NCBI GenBank assembly: GCA_001600695.1
Contig: BCKQ01000006.1
Coordinates: 262,600 to 326,599, forward strand
Direction of reading: 5' to 3'
Source: Ascoidea asiatica JCM 7603
Lineage: Eukaryota; Fungi; Ascomycota
DNA length: 64,000 nucleotides
In this document: one piece after another, positions 33,001-45,291 of the stretch
How positions within the stretch are numbered: the stretch's first letter is position 1
How the letters are laid out: every line of letters starts with the position of its first letter
Made by a program: the position numbers and the translations under genes
The notes under the pieces: model-generated
Databases searched by the model: none
Told to the model about the DNA's origin: nothing
Seen by the model: only the letters and a program-made list of their open reading frames with translations

Positions 33001-34321
33001 ACCATTCATTCACAATCAATATTAAGTTTGCAATCAATTTGCAAAACAATAAATCTAAATTTTTAAGATTCTTTTCATTTTTATTTAGTAGAATAATTTG
33101 TTTTAATAAATGAATTGGATAAACTGGATTGTTACTATCGGTATTACTCAAATTTCTTTTTAGAAATTTAGCTTTCTCTGTCTTTCTTGTTTATAATGAT
33201 TATATCCTTTAGTTGTTTTTTGCGAAATAATAAAGAAAAAATTTCAGTACTTATTTATGTTTCATCTTTCAAATTATTAGGAAATCTTATTTAATCAAAT
33301 AATTGTCTTTGAAAGTAAAAGGTAAATTTTTAGATAAAACTTCAAATTCCTTTTCTTTTTTTTTTTTTTTTAGTTTTAATAAGTCAACCATAGATTCAGA
33401 ACATCAATTTTCAGCATTGAAAGAATTTAAATTCTAGATTTTCAAAATTCCATAAAACTTTTGAAATATTTATGAAAAAAACTCTTTGCAGATAATAAAT
33501 AACAAATTTTTAATCAATTTCACGTTTGAATCAGATAATGTTTTATATAAAACTTTTAATTTTGTTGAAATTTGTTGAAGGCTTGACTTTTTTGAATGAT
33601 CAGTATTCGGCTGAATTTGAAACTAGATATATTCAAGTTTAAACTATAGATATTTATATTTAATTATTCATTCATTCATTGTTTATTGTTCAAAATGTTC
33701 TTGAATAATAATTAATTTACCTGCTACCAGTAAAATTTCATACCAAAAAATATATTTCGTCGAAAATTTTGGAGTGAATTTGGCTCAAATTACAAAATTA
33801 CTCAAGATTATTTCATATCTTTAAAGCGAATTAACTTGGATATCAATTTAAAATGAGAAACTTGAAATTAGTGATTGAATATAGATATATATTATTATAG
33901 CAAGTTTAACGTCAATGGTTTTATGATACTCATAATAAACAAAAAAATGGTTGAATTCAATGTAGAAAATAAAAACTGTTAAGAGAACTGGATTTCTTCT
34001 ATTAAAAACCAAAAGATTTTTTAACTGTAAAAAAGAAACTGGAGAAGTTCTGAAATTCATCCACAAAACCAAACCAACTCTTTTTTCACTGTTTTGAATA
34101 TCAAATATAAGCTTACAAATTTTAATTATTGAAATTTATTATATTATAGATAATAGTTGTTTTAATTTCATTTATTAAGCTAGAGGAAAAGTGCTAATAA
34201 TATTATGAAATAAAAGATAATAAGATCTAAGAAAATCAGCTAAAAAAGAACTGATGCTTGGGTACAGTTAAAAAAAGAATAGAAAATAATATAAAAAAAA
34301 AATACAATTTACAGTAATATA

Positions 34322-35065
34322 ATGTCAAAGAAAAGAACTCAAGAAATCTTGTCTTCCTCATATTCACAATCACCATCTTCATCTTCTTCATCATTGTCGT
34401 CATCATCGTCATCTGCATCAACTTTTGATTCTGAGGTTATTTCCACAAATAATACAACTAAAAGGGGAAATAATTTTAAGTTCTCTCAAATACCAAATAA
34501 CTATAAATATGTTAGTTATACAAAAGATGTAAAAAAACAGTTTTTTGGAAGAAAAGATTTTAATTTTTTAAATTCAAAATTCAAAACTTTTATTTCAAGA
34601 AAACATATTTCTATTCAATATGAATTAATAAATAATGAAATAACTATAGACTGTTATGGAATAAATGGTTGTTGTATTATTTTACCATTTTCTGTTATTT
34701 TGTATTATATATCTAAAAATGGAAAATATGATTTTTTTGATAATACTATTACTACTGATCAAATTTCATCAAATAATTTAATCATTCAAGGTTTAACCAC
34801 TTTTAATAGATTAATTAAAGAAAAAGAAAAAAGTATTATATTTATTTTAAAGGGTGAAAGACTTAATTTTCCATTTAAAGGTGATATTTTATTAAATATT
34901 AAAGATAATAAAATTCTTATCAAAGGAGAAAAAATTATAGCTTCAAGAGAAAACTGTGAAATATCTAAATTTATGCGCTTGAATGCATTAAAAAAAGAAA
35001 AAGAATTATTAATTTTGAAACAAAAAAGGGCAAATGATTTTTTAAACTATTATGATCAAAATTAG
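34322..35065 (+). CDS. FHA-only truncated paralogue of the Tos4-like gene at 3781-5778
   Basis: Aligns by eye with the Tos4 FHA region: ISRKH, CYG(I/L)NGC.(I/V)ILP, GLT.FNRL, SIIFILKGE.L and KFM.L are shared. Confidence 0.88.
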   Translation: MSKKRTQEILSSSYSQSPSSSSSSLSSSSSSASTFDSEVISTNNTTKRGNNFKFSQIPNNYKYVSYTKDVKKQFFGRKDFNFLNSKFKTFISRKHISIQYELINNEITIDCYGINGCCIILPFSVILYYISKNGKYDFFDNTITTDQISSNNLIIQGLTTFNRLIKEKEKSIIFILKGERLNFPFKGDILLNIKDNKILIKGEKIIASRENCEISKFMRLNALKKEKELLILKQKRANDFLNYYDQN

Positions 35066-35846
35066 ATAATATAAAATAACCAATAAAGGTTTTTTAACAA
35101 TAAATGAATAATAATTTTCTCTCAAATAGCTTGCTCTTTCTCTCTGTCTCCAATTTTCTTTATTGAGACTTGTTTGAATATATTTGTTTTTAACTTCAAT
35201 TTCAAATTGAAATTTCTTTCTCTATTCAATTTATATTTAGACATGAAAATATAAAATTATTGAAGAGCATCATTTAAAGGAGAAACCAATACTTAAATAA
35301 TCGTTTTATAAAATTAAACTAAATCGAGCACTTGCCACAAAAAGAGATTTCAGTCAAACACCGAAAGGGAGCAAGTACTACTAAGTACATAGATATGCTT
35401 ATTTCGGGATTTAAATGTCAAACACCGAATGTAACTAAATGCAGGGTTTGGTTAAAAAAATCCTAAATTTGCTTCTCATGAAAAAGTATTTTATTGTTTT
35501 TTTTGATTATTTCTGTTTTTGTTTATTGATTAAAAATATAGCATATAAAGATAGTTGAAACTAAATAAAATGAACTTGTACTATAAGTGTGAAAAATAAA
35601 TGAAGTTTGAAAAATATGTGAACTTTTGTATTAAAATTGAAGAAAAAATGAAATTATTACAAAAAAATATAAGAAATATAAAATTTTTTTAGACGAAAAA
35701 AATAGATAAAAATAAATAAACCCAAATTTTTTAATTAACCGTCATTGTAAAAAACAAAGAAAAGAAAAGATAAATGAGCAATGACTCTTGAAATGATAAA
35801 TAAAAGAATAAATAAAAAAGTAAAGAAAGAAAAAGAATGAGAAGAA

Positions 35847-38800
35847 TCATGACATATTTTTAAAACTTTTAACATATTGAAGTCTTAAATTATTATATAA
35901 TATAATAATATTAGAAAACACAAGTAAAACAATTGCTAAATTTGGGGTAATTTTAACATTTAGATTATTTACAAACCTCATAGTTCTATCTATATAATAA
36001 TAACCATAATAATCTTTAAACATATCACTTACAGAAGAAATTGGATTAATAATTATTAATCCAACTAAAAATTTAGATACTAAAACTAACAAATAATTAT
36101 TTTTAAAAGTTGAAATGATTAATTTGGAAAGTTCTATTAAAAAAATTAAGTTTCTCAAATGTTTATCAATTATAATCAAGTTACAATTTTTATTATAAAT
36201 TTGTTTATAATTAGAAACTAATGAAACATTAATATCTCCTAAAGTTGAATATAATGTTGGATCAACTTCATTATTTATATTTTCATTGATGATTAAAATA
36301 TTATTATTATCTCTATCTTTATTTGCAAAGAATTTATTATCTTTAATTGAATTCGGCAATAATAATTTTTGTTTTAAAATTTTAATTTTTTCAAATTTTT
36401 CATGAGGAAATAAATTTTTCCAAATTAAATTTTCATTAACTTTGAAATTTTTCAAAATTTTGAAATAAATATCATCAGAGTTTTGTTTTTTTTCACCTGA
36501 GTCCAAATCTGAATTACTTGAATTACTTGCTAGACTTGTAGAACTATTATTAGAATTATGCTTATTATAATCCTCATTTTTCTTGGTTTTGATTTTATCA
36601 TACATAAAACCAACATCATAATTATTATCTTCTTTATTAAGATAATTCATCATTTTAGTGAAATCTTGTTTGACATCAAAATTAACTAAAGAAAAAATTC
36701 CAGATAATTCATTATTTATAACAATGTAAATTAAAGAATCTAATTTAATTTTTTCTCTAATATTATTTGGATTATTGATATTATTTGATAATTTTAAATT
36801 TAAGTTATAATTATTTATAAATTTAACAAATTCTTCATTTAAATTCAATTCTTTAATAAATTTTTTATCAAATAAATTAATATTACCAATTTTAACATCA
36901 AATCTAATATTATCTAGATCTATAGTTGCAAATATTCCCTTTCCAATAACATCTTCAAAATATATACATTTTGCTTTATTATTTTTATTATATTTTTGTA
37001 TAAGTTTACCAATTTTATTAAAATATTCTTCATTATCATCATTAATATTATTTAAATTACTATATGAATTATTATTTGAAATATTTTTTAAAATTGCATT
37101 TGAAATTGGTTTATCAATTAAAGATTCACTTGCAATTATTATTTTCCACCAAGTTTCAGAAGACTTTTCCCAAATATTAAATAATTTAAAAATCTTTACA
37201 TTATTATTTTGATAATTATAAATATTTAAAACATTTAAATTATTAAAGATTAAGATTTTAATTTTTTTAATATCTTCAAAAATTTTTAAGTTAAATTTTT
37301 TGATATAAATACCATTAACAATAGAAGCATGTAAAGAAACAATTAATAACACAGGTTCAATTAATAATAATGAAGTTGGAGAGAAAATAATTAATAAAGT
37401 TATAATTTTGTCAATTTTGAAATTTAATAAATTGTTTTTATTTAAATTTAAACTATCATCTAAGAATATATTATTATAAGTTTTGAAATATAAAATATAA
37501 ACTAAGAATGTAAAAATTAATAAAATTAGAATTGCAATGATTAATCTTTGAAAATATAAAATATCATGATAATTTTTTTGATAAATGTGTTTATTATTGA
37601 TTGAATTATTCAATTTATTTAAGTTCAAAGAAGAACTTGAGTTTGTTTTTCTTAAATTGAAGAAGTTTAAGTAGTTTTTAATATTTGAATTTAAAATATT
37701 AATCAGATTTTCTTCATTACTACTTGTATTTGAATTTGCATTTTCTTTGTTATTGACTTTGTCTTTATTTAAAATACTTGAAATATTTGTTATACTATCT
37801 TGAGATCTATGAATAATAGTATTAAAAGAATTATTTGTATTTATTGGACTTGATGGACTTGTGATTGGAGTTTCATTGTTGTTTGAAGTATTTGTATTTA
37901 AATTATTTAAGTTATTGGTATTGATATTTTTTTTATAATAATATTTTAAGAAATTATTTAATATTTTTTTATTTGAATTTTGAATTAAATAATTCTTAGC
38001 AAATATTATATTTAAATTTAAATTAACTAGATTTAAGATTTTTAAATTTGAAAAAATTTTAAAATTGAAAATTTGATAAAATACAAAAAAAATTAATAGA
38101 TTATTAATTAAAATTAAATAAAAGTTTATTGAAAAAAAAGATCTGAAGAATTTATTGAATGTGTGATTGAGATTTTTATTGAAATATTTGTTATTGATAT
38201 TTCCAAGGATGGAATTACTCGAACTTAAGTTATTATAATTGAAATTATAAATGTTAGTAGTAGGAGTAGTTGCAGTTCGATTATTATTAGAGTGATTGAA
38301 GAATAGATTATAATAGATAAAGAAACCTAGGATGTATTGTTGAAAGAAAGTTAAATCAATTGAGATATATAAATAAAATTTGAAATAAGTTGAAATTGAA
38401 GCTTTATAATAATAATTAGATAAAATGATTGAGATATAAATTAAAATAGATATGAAAATGGATAAATAAAATAAAAATGAATAATTTATTTCATTATCAA
38501 AATCAAATTCATTATTAATTGAGTTATAATTACTGAATGTATTATTATATGAATTATTTATTAAATTTGAATTTGAATTAGATTGAATTGTATTTAAGAT
38601 TGAATGAATTTTTTTTGAATTTATTAAATTTTTATTATATATTATTATTAAATTTTTTAAATTTTTGGATAATGATAATTCTTTAATTGAAATTGAAGAG
38701 AATTTTAAAAATTCAGATTGAATTAAATTTATTAGATCATCATTTATAAGATTTGAATTTAAGATTTTTATAGATTCAATGATATAATCATTTGATAAAT

Positions 38801-39005
38801 CTGAATTTGAAGAATTTAAAGAAGGTGATAATATTTGAGTATTTTGTAAATCGAATAATATTGATTTTGAAGAAAGTGGAAATTGAGATGGATTTTGAGA
38901 TTGGGAAATGGATTGAGATTGAGATTGAGAATTGGATGAGAATATATTTTTTTGTATTGGTAGTAATCTTGTTATTGACAAATAACCTAATAAACAAAAT
39001 GCCAT
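35847..39005 (-). CDS. Degenerate P1B-type (Ccc2/ATP7-like) heavy-metal ATPase homologue lacking catalytic motifs
   Basis: Collinear remnants of Ccc2-type motifs: FSPTSLLLIEP (ACPCALGLAxP), NGIYIK, LIFNNLNVL (VFDKTGTL), SESLIDKPISNAI (ESxSxHPxxxAI), GKGI, FPHEKFEKIKILK, INENINN (GDGIND), and two C-terminal TM helices ending NNLRL. Confidence 0.8.
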   Translation of the reverse strand: MAFCLLGYLSITRLLPIQKNIFSSNSQSQSQSISQSQNPSQFPLSSKSILFDLQNTQILSPSLNSSNSDLSNDYIIESIKILNSNLINDDLINLIQSEFLKFSSISIKELSLSKNLKNLIIIYNKNLINSKKIHSILNTIQSNSNSNLINNSYNNTFSNYNSINNEFDFDNEINYSFLFYLSIFISILIYISIILSNYYYKASISTYFKFYLYISIDLTFFQQYILGFFIYYNLFFNHSNNNRTATTPTTNIYNFNYNNLSSSNSILGNINNKYFNKNLNHTFNKFFRSFFSINFYLILINNLLIFFVFYQIFNFKIFSNLKILNLVNLNLNIIFAKNYLIQNSNKKILNNFLKYYYKKNINTNNLNNLNTNTSNNNETPITSPSSPINTNNSFNTIIHRSQDSITNISSILNKDKVNNKENANSNTSSNEENLINILNSNIKNYLNFFNLRKTNSSSSLNLNKLNNSINNKHIYQKNYHDILYFQRLIIAILILLIFTFLVYILYFKTYNNIFLDDSLNLNKNNLLNFKIDKIITLLIIFSPTSLLLIEPVLLIVSLHASIVNGIYIKKFNLKIFEDIKKIKILIFNNLNVLNIYNYQNNNVKIFKLFNIWEKSSETWWKIIIASESLIDKPISNAILKNISNNNSYSNLNNINDDNEEYFNKIGKLIQKYNKNNKAKCIYFEDVIGKGIFATIDLDNIRFDVKIGNINLFDKKFIKELNLNEEFVKFINNYNLNLKLSNNINNPNNIREKIKLDSLIYIVINNELSGIFSLVNFDVKQDFTKMMNYLNKEDNNYDVGFMYDKIKTKKNEDYNKHNSNNSSTSLASNSSNSDLDSGEKKQNSDDIYFKILKNFKVNENLIWKNLFPHEKFEKIKILKQKLLLPNSIKDNKFFANKDRDNNNILIINENINNEVDPTLYSTLGDINVSLVSNYKQIYNKNCNLIIIDKHLRNLIFLIELSKLIISTFKNNYLLVLVSKFLVGLIIINPISSVSDMFKDYYGYYYIDRTMRFVNNLNVKITPNLAIVLLVFSNIIILYNNLRLQYVKSFKNMS

Positions 39006-39779
39006 TTTTGATTTATTTTTTATTATATTTTGATTTGATTAAGTATATTTTATAATGATTAGTATATTCAATTTATGAGTAAATTGTAGTTAAGATTGAA
39101 TATAAAGGGAGTTAAGTATGATTTATATAAAGTAGAATAAATTAAATTGATTCAGATTATCTCTTAAAAGAGAAGAAATTATAATTGCATAAGAATTAGA
39201 TAAATAATAAATAACAAATAATAAATAATGAGAATGAAAGAAGATAAGCTATTTAAAGTAACATTTTTCAGCTTTTGATAAATATGAAATTGAATGAAAA
39301 TTGAATGGAATGAGAAAATAATCAAACAATCAAATAATAAATTTTCTTTAATGTTTTTTCAAAAGGTTTTTAAACCAATAAATTAGTTTTTGTTTCAATC
39401 CTTAGGAAGTTGGAAGTTGAATGAAAAAAGAATTGAAATGAGTTAAGATTTAGATTATTTAAAGGAGTCTAAAAAGAATATAAACAATGTAAGAAACAAT
39501 GTTAGAAACAGTGTTAAGAGAATAAACAACAAGTAATAACAAGAAGTATTTAACTCCTGTAACGTTACCAAAGTTACAGACAGAGTAAAATTACGGAAAC
39601 TCGTTTAGCAAAGCGAGGTACGAGCGTATAGGCTGAGAGAAGTTAGATGGTGTATACCGAGGCTGCCTGGTGTCAACATGCCAAAGAAGACCCGTCTAGG
39701 TACTGTGAGGTGTGTATGCAGTAAGTAAATGTATAATATACTTTAATTTAAGTAGACCCGCATTACTGGATATAGACAA

Positions 39780-39926
39780 ATCACATGATAAATTTGACAC
39801 GTGCATAATATCCATGTTCATGGCCTCAAACATATCACACGACTTTCACATGACATTAAACTTTTTTTTTTATTTCCAGCTGGATGGTAATAAGGACTCC
39901 GGAAAAGCAGTCCGCCAGCACATGAT
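39780..39926. promoter_or_regulatory. Cluster of CACATG/CACGTG E-boxes in the divergent pseudo-ATPase/ASG1 promoter
   Basis: ATCACATG at 39780, CACGTG near 39798, TCACATG near 39847, GCACATG near 39918. Confidence 0.5.
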
Positions 39927-40653
39927 TCCCCGGATTCTGTTCCTCATTTGACATGGCACAATTGGCGTGAAATGGGCGCACTCGTAGCCATTGCCATTCA
40001 TTGCCTTTGCTTGGCCTTTGCTTTCTTTCTTTGTTTGCTAGTCAAAAGGTTTTCAGTTTCCACTTTCCAGTTTTTGGTCTTTGGTCTTTGGTTTCTGGCT
40101 TCCAGTTTCTAAATTGCAATTGGTTTCCTTGAAAGAGTCTCGAGAAATAGCATTTAGCAACACCGAGAGAAAGAAAACTAAAAACTTACTTCTTCTGATT
40201 TTGCTTCTTTTAAAGCTTCTTTTAAAACTTTTTATTCTTTTTATTCTTCTTCAGCTTTTTCAACTTCTTTTGCAGCCAAAGCTTTTTCTTTTCTATTTAA
40301 TTTCCTCTTCAAAATTAGTACATTGCACCCATCAAATGGTGTCTGTTATCAATTTCATAACTATTTTTTCCTATTGAATAATCTTTTTGTCTCTTACTCT
40401 GTTTATTATTAATAACAATCAGAATAAAATTTAAGAGGTTATTTTATATAAAAATACAAGCAAAATTTCAAATTTTTAAGATTAAAATTTATTATTTATT
40501 ATTTATAACTCAATCTATTTACTTATTTCGAGTTATTTAACTTTGATAAAAGATAAAAACTTATCTTATATCTTATATAATCTATAATCTATAATCTATA
40601 TTCTATAATTTATAATATTTTATATTAAACTAAAGATAAAAACTAAAAAGAAA

Positions 40654-43600
40654 ATGGATTTCAATGACTCAACAACAATAGCCGCTGATCCAACTTCTTC
40701 ATTTTCTGATAATACTACAATTAAAGTTAATTCAAGTGATAATAATGATATCAACATTGACAATAACAATGATAATAATAATGATAATAATATTGATACA
40801 AATAATGATTCAAATAATATAAATAATATAAATAATATAAATAATATAAATAATATAAATAATATAAACAATGGAAATGGTATAGATAATAAAGCAAATA
40901 ATCCAGGAATTACTAAAAATAATAGAAACAATAATAATAATAATAATGATAATATTCCAATAGCGTCAAATAATGATCGTAATACAAATCCTTTAATTCC
41001 ATTAAATTTATCAAAATTCTCAAATTTACAAAATAATCTATCAAATAATTTATCAAATAGTTTATCAAACTTATCTAACTTATCTAATTTATCAAATTTA
41101 CCAAATTTATCAAATATAAATATTTCAAATATTAATAATTTACCTCAAAAAAGAAGAAGAGTAACAAGAGCTTGTGATGAATGTAGAAAAAAAAAAGTAA
41201 AATGTGATGGTCAACAACCTTGTATTCATTGTACTGTTTATAATTATAATTGTACTTATATACAACCTTCAAATAGAAAAAAATCAAAATTTACAAATAA
41301 TAATAATAATAGTAATAATAATAGTAATAATAATAATAATAATAATAGTAATAATAACAACATCATCAATAATAACAATAATGAATTAGATTCTCAAAAA
41401 AATTTAGATAAATTATTATTATCTGAAAATAATAATATTATTACCGCTAATAAAAATGAAAATAATAATGATCAATTTGATAAAGAATCTGTGGATAAAA
41501 TTAATTTAAAATTTAATATATTAAAAAAAATTATTGATTTTATATTACCAGATTTATTCAATAATAACAATAATGAAAAAAAAAATGAGAATGAAATGGA
41601 ATCTCAAAATGATAATAATAATAAAAATGAATCAAAAGTGGAGATTGAAAATGAGAATATAAATAATAATAATAATAATAGTAATGAATCAAAATGTAAA
41701 TCAAAAAGTAAATCTAATAAGAAAGATAATAATAATACAGATATTGATAATGATAAAATCAGTAATAAAGATAATGATAAAGATATAGACAATAAAAAAC
41801 ATAAAGATAATGATATTGATAATCAAATTTTACTTTTTGATTTTGATAAATTCAAATTAATTTATAATAACTTATTATTAAATTATAATAATCAAAATAA
41901 TAATTCTAGTTTAAATCCATTGATTGTATCTTCAACTCCAATGAATAAATCAAAATCTCAATCAAATGCAATCTCTTTACCAAATCAAAATTTTATCAAA
42001 ACTGAAAATGATTCATCAAATTTAAATATTAACTTAAATTCAAACTCAAATTCAAACTCAAACTCAAACTCAGACTTAATTAAAAATTTCTTATCTCAAT
42101 TAGTTATCAATTATAATAACAACAATAATAATAATATCAATAATCCATTAGTTATAAAATCTGCTGTTCCAAATTTAAAATTATCTCATCCAATTAGTAT
42201 ATTATCTAATTCTTCTACTTTAAATTTCGATTCAATTAATAATCAAAATAATAATATTCAAACTTTAAATAATTTAAATTTACGTAATAATAATTCAATT
42301 AATAATTTAAATACTATAAATACTATTCAATCTATAAAATCAACTCAAATGAATCAATCTCAATCTTTACCAATTAATCAACAACAAAATTTATCTTCTA
42401 CAAATAATCAAAATCAATTATCTAATAATAATCAACTTAATAATCAATTTAATATTAATAATATCGATAATAATAACAACAATAATAATAATATCAATAA
42501 TAGGAATACTAATATCAATAATAATAATTCCCAGTTAAACTATTTAAATAATAATAGTAATATTAATAACAATAATCATAACATCAATTCTACAAATAAT
42601 GAGGAACAAAAACAAATTAAAATTACTTTACCTCCATTAGAATCAACTTTATTATTAGTAAATAAAGCTTGTGATAGTTCTTGTTTATTTAAATATTATA
42701 ATAGAAAAAATTTGTTAAAAGTTATTCAAGAACTTTATAATGAAAATAATAATCAATTAATTAATTCAAATCTAAATTTATATGAAAATTTATCAAAAAA
42801 AGAAAAAGAATTAAAATTAAATAGAAATAATAAATTATCTGCTTTAATTTATTCATTTTTATCTGTTGGTGCTTTATTACAAAATGATAAAAATTGTTAT
42901 AATTATTATAATGCTTCATATACTTTATTATCAAGACAAAACATTATTGAAACTAATGATATTACAAATTTAATAACTTTATTTACTTTAATTATTTTTT
43001 TACAATGTACTGCAAGATTATCAACTTGTTATTCATATATTGGAATTGCTTTAAGATCTGCTTTAAGAATTGGTTTACATAGAAAAATAAATTCAGTAAT
43101 TTCTCCAATTGAAGCTGAAAATAGGAAAAGATTATTTTGGTCAATTTACAAAATGGATGTTTATATGAATACAATGTTAGGTTTACCAAGTATATCAAAT
43201 GATGATTTAGATCAAGATTTACCTTGTGAATTAGATGATCAAAATATTACTACTTTTCATTATCTTTTTCAAAATCAAAAAAATAATTTATCTTCAATTG
43301 CAATCTCAAATCAACATACAAAATTAGTTATCATTTTAAATCATATTGTTAAAAATTTATATCCTGTTAAAACTTCAAAATTAGGTACTTCATCTCCAAT
43401 TGCTCCTTCTCCTAATGAATCGTCAGCTTTATCAACTATTGCTTCCCCATCCAATCTTAATTTTGGCCATAATTTACAACCACAGCAACAACCTGTTCAA
43501 AATAATACTACTGATAGTACTCCTGGAACAATAAGTAATCAATCAAGTCCAAGTGTTAATAGTAATAACTTTAATCATTTGAATAATTTAGGTAATTCCG

Positions 43601-45291
43601 AAAATCATGGAGTAATCAATTCAATTTCAAGAAAAATAGAAGCAATGGAAAAAGAATTAAAAGATTGGTTAGATAATTTACCAGTTGAATTAGATCCAGT
43701 AAATAAAAATATCCCCGAAAAATATTATAAACAAAATAGATTACTCTATTTAGCTTTTTTACACATTGAAATTGTATTATATCGTCCTTTTATTCATTTA
43801 ATTTCTCATAAATATCTTTCTATACCGAACGTTAATAGAAAATCCGTCAAAAGAGCTCAATTATGCCTTTCTGCGGCAATTAAAGTAGTTGATCTAGCAG
43901 TTGAAATGTTTGATCAAGGTTTATTGAATGGAGCTTATTGGTTTTCAATTTATCCAATTTTTTATTCAGTTGCTTGTCTAGTTTATTATATTCATGAAAA
44001 TGCAGGAGCTGTTGATTTAAAGACTCAAGAAATTAGAAGCCATGCAGAAAAAGGAAAAGACGTATTAACTAAACTAAGAGATAATTCCGTTGCAGCTTCA
44101 AGAACCTATCATATATTGAATGTAATGTTTGAACAATTGAATAGAAAAACAGCTAGTTATTTCAATGCAACTTATTCAAATGGAGGGAAATCAAAATCAA
44201 AACAATCAACTCCTGTTTATGAAACCGATTTAGAAAATTATGAAAGAGGTCAAGATAGAAGTCGAAATGCTAACATTAATAACAACAATAATAATAATAA
44301 TAGTAACAATAATAGTAATACTAGAGATACCAGTCGTGATCGTATCCCTAGTGGACCTCAATCTTTGTTTGCATCAAGTTCCAACAGTCAATATAATCCT
44401 AGATCCAATATGTCTAGAAATCCATCAGGAAATAATTATTTTTCAAATTCTCCTAATTCAAATTTTTCAAATAATAACATTAACAATAACATTAATTCTA
44501 ACACGTATAATTCACCAGAAGCTACTCTTAATAATAATATTGAATTACAACTGGAGGCTGCACTTGCTGCGCAAAATCGAGATATTCAAAGTCAAAATCA
44601 AATTCAAAATCAGAACCAAAATCAAAATCAAAATCAGAACAAGAATAAAAATCGTAATCAAAGAAATAATCAAAATCAAAATCAAAATCAGTTATCTAGT
44701 AGAAATCAAAAACCTAATAACAATTATAATGATGTAAATCAAACTTATCAAGCTGGAATGCTTGATACTATAGATATGCAAATTTTCGGTAGATATTTAC
44801 CTCCTTATATGATTCAGAATAATAATGTTTCAAAATCAAGTAAAGATTTTTCTAAGCTTGACTTACCTAATGACAATAATCTAACAACAGATCTTTTGAA
44901 ATATCCTTCCACAACAGATTCATTAATAAGTAATCTTAATCCAACTGGAAATAATATGAATAATACCAGTATGAATAATAATAATAATATCAATAATAAT
45001 AATAACAGTAATAGTAATATGAATAACAATGCAAGTGGTACCATGAGCACTAATATGAATAATAATAACAATAATAAGAATAATAATAACAATAGTAATG
45101 AAGATATTGTTCTTTTAGGTAGTATATATCCTACAACTCAAGGGAATTTTTCAAATCCAAATGCATTACTGAATGAAATTGATAATACATTTAATTTGAA
45201 TGCAGATGAATTAAAGGACTTACCTAACTTAGATAGAGTTTGGGGTGATTATGACCCAGAACTTACATTTAATTTTGACAAAATTCCATAA
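40654..45291 (+). CDS. ASG1: Zn(II)2Cys6 transcription factor, Asg1 orthologue
   Basis: [34 protein letters not shown] is near-identical to the Asg1 zinc cluster. A fungal TF middle homology region ([26 protein letters not shown]) and the C-terminal [14 protein letters not shown] follow. Confidence 0.92.
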   Translation: MDFNDSTTIAADPTSSFSDNTTIKVNSSDNNDINIDNNNDNNNDNNIDTNNDSNNINNINNINNINNINNINNGNGIDNKANNPGITKNNRNNNNNNNDNIPIASNNDRNTNPLIPLNLSKFSNLQNNLSNNLSNSLSNLSNLSNLSNLPNLSNINISNINNLPQKRRRVTRACDECRKKKVKCDGQQPCIHCTVYNYNCTYIQPSNRKKSKFTNNNNNSNNNSNNNNNNNSNNNNIINNNNNELDSQKNLDKLLLSENNNIITANKNENNNDQFDKESVDKINLKFNILKKIIDFILPDLFNNNNNEKKNENEMESQNDNNNKNESKVEIENENINNNNNNSNESKCKSKSKSNKKDNNNTDIDNDKISNKDNDKDIDNKKHKDNDIDNQILLFDFDKFKLIYNNLLLNYNNQNNNSSLNPLIVSSTPMNKSKSQSNAISLPNQNFIKTENDSSNLNINLNSNSNSNSNSNSDLIKNFLSQLVINYNNNNNNNINNPLVIKSAVPNLKLSHPISILSNSSTLNFDSINNQNNNIQTLNNLNLRNNNSINNLNTINTIQSIKSTQMNQSQSLPINQQQNLSSTNNQNQLSNNNQLNNQFNINNIDNNNNNNNNINNRNTNINNNNSQLNYLNNNSNINNNNHNINSTNNEEQKQIKITLPPLESTLLLVNKACDSSCLFKYYNRKNLLKVIQELYNENNNQLINSNLNLYENLSKKEKELKLNRNNKLSALIYSFLSVGALLQNDKNCYNYYNASYTLLSRQNIIETNDITNLITLFTLIIFLQCTARLSTCYSYIGIALRSALRIGLHRKINSVISPIEAENRKRLFWSIYKMDVYMNTMLGLPSISNDDLDQDLPCELDDQNITTFHYLFQNQKNNLSSIAISNQHTKLVIILNHIVKNLYPVKTSKLGTSSPIAPSPNESSALSTIASPSNLNFGHNLQPQQQPVQNNTTDSTPGTISNQSSPSVNSNNFNHLNNLGNSENHGVINSISRKIEAMEKELKDWLDNLPVELDPVNKNIPEKYYKQNRLLYLAFLHIEIVLYRPFIHLISHKYLSIPNVNRKSVKRAQLCLSAAIKVVDLAVEMFDQGLLNGAYWFSIYPIFYSVACLVYYIHENAGAVDLKTQEIRSHAEKGKDVLTKLRDNSVAASRTYHILNVMFEQLNRKTASYFNATYSNGGKSKSKQSTPVYETDLENYERGQDRSRNANINNNNNNNNSNNNSNTRDTSRDRIPSGPQSLFASSSNSQYNPRSNMSRNPSGNNYFSNSPNSNFSNNNINNNINSNTYNSPEATLNNNIELQLEAALAAQNRDIQSQNQIQNQNQNQNQNQNKNKNRNQRNNQNQNQNQLSSRNQKPNNNYNDVNQTYQAGMLDTIDMQIFGRYLPPYMIQNNNVSKSSKDFSKLDLPNDNNLTTDLLKYPSTTDSLISNLNPTGNNMNNTSMNNNNNINNNNNSNSNMNNNASGTMSTNMNNNNNNKNNNNNSNEDIVLLGSIYPTTQGNFSNPNALLNEIDNTFNLNADELKDLPNLDRVWGDYDPELTFNFDKIP
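40812..40872. repeat. 9-bp coding tandem repeat (AATAATATA)n encoding (NNI)n in ASG1
   Basis: About 6 copies seen directly. Confidence 0.85.

Noticed and set aside
35847-39005. Calling this gene a functional CCC2/PCA1 or a conventional pseudogene
   Set aside because: All catalytic motifs are absent, so it is not a working pump. The 1052-codon frame has no stops or frameshifts, so it is not a conventional pseudogene either.
39590-39720. GC-richer island considered as a tRNA/ncRNA (also 10190-10300 and 58365-58500)
   Set aside because: I could not build a cloverleaf or find a GTTCRA B-box or snoRNA boxes. These look like promoter elements.
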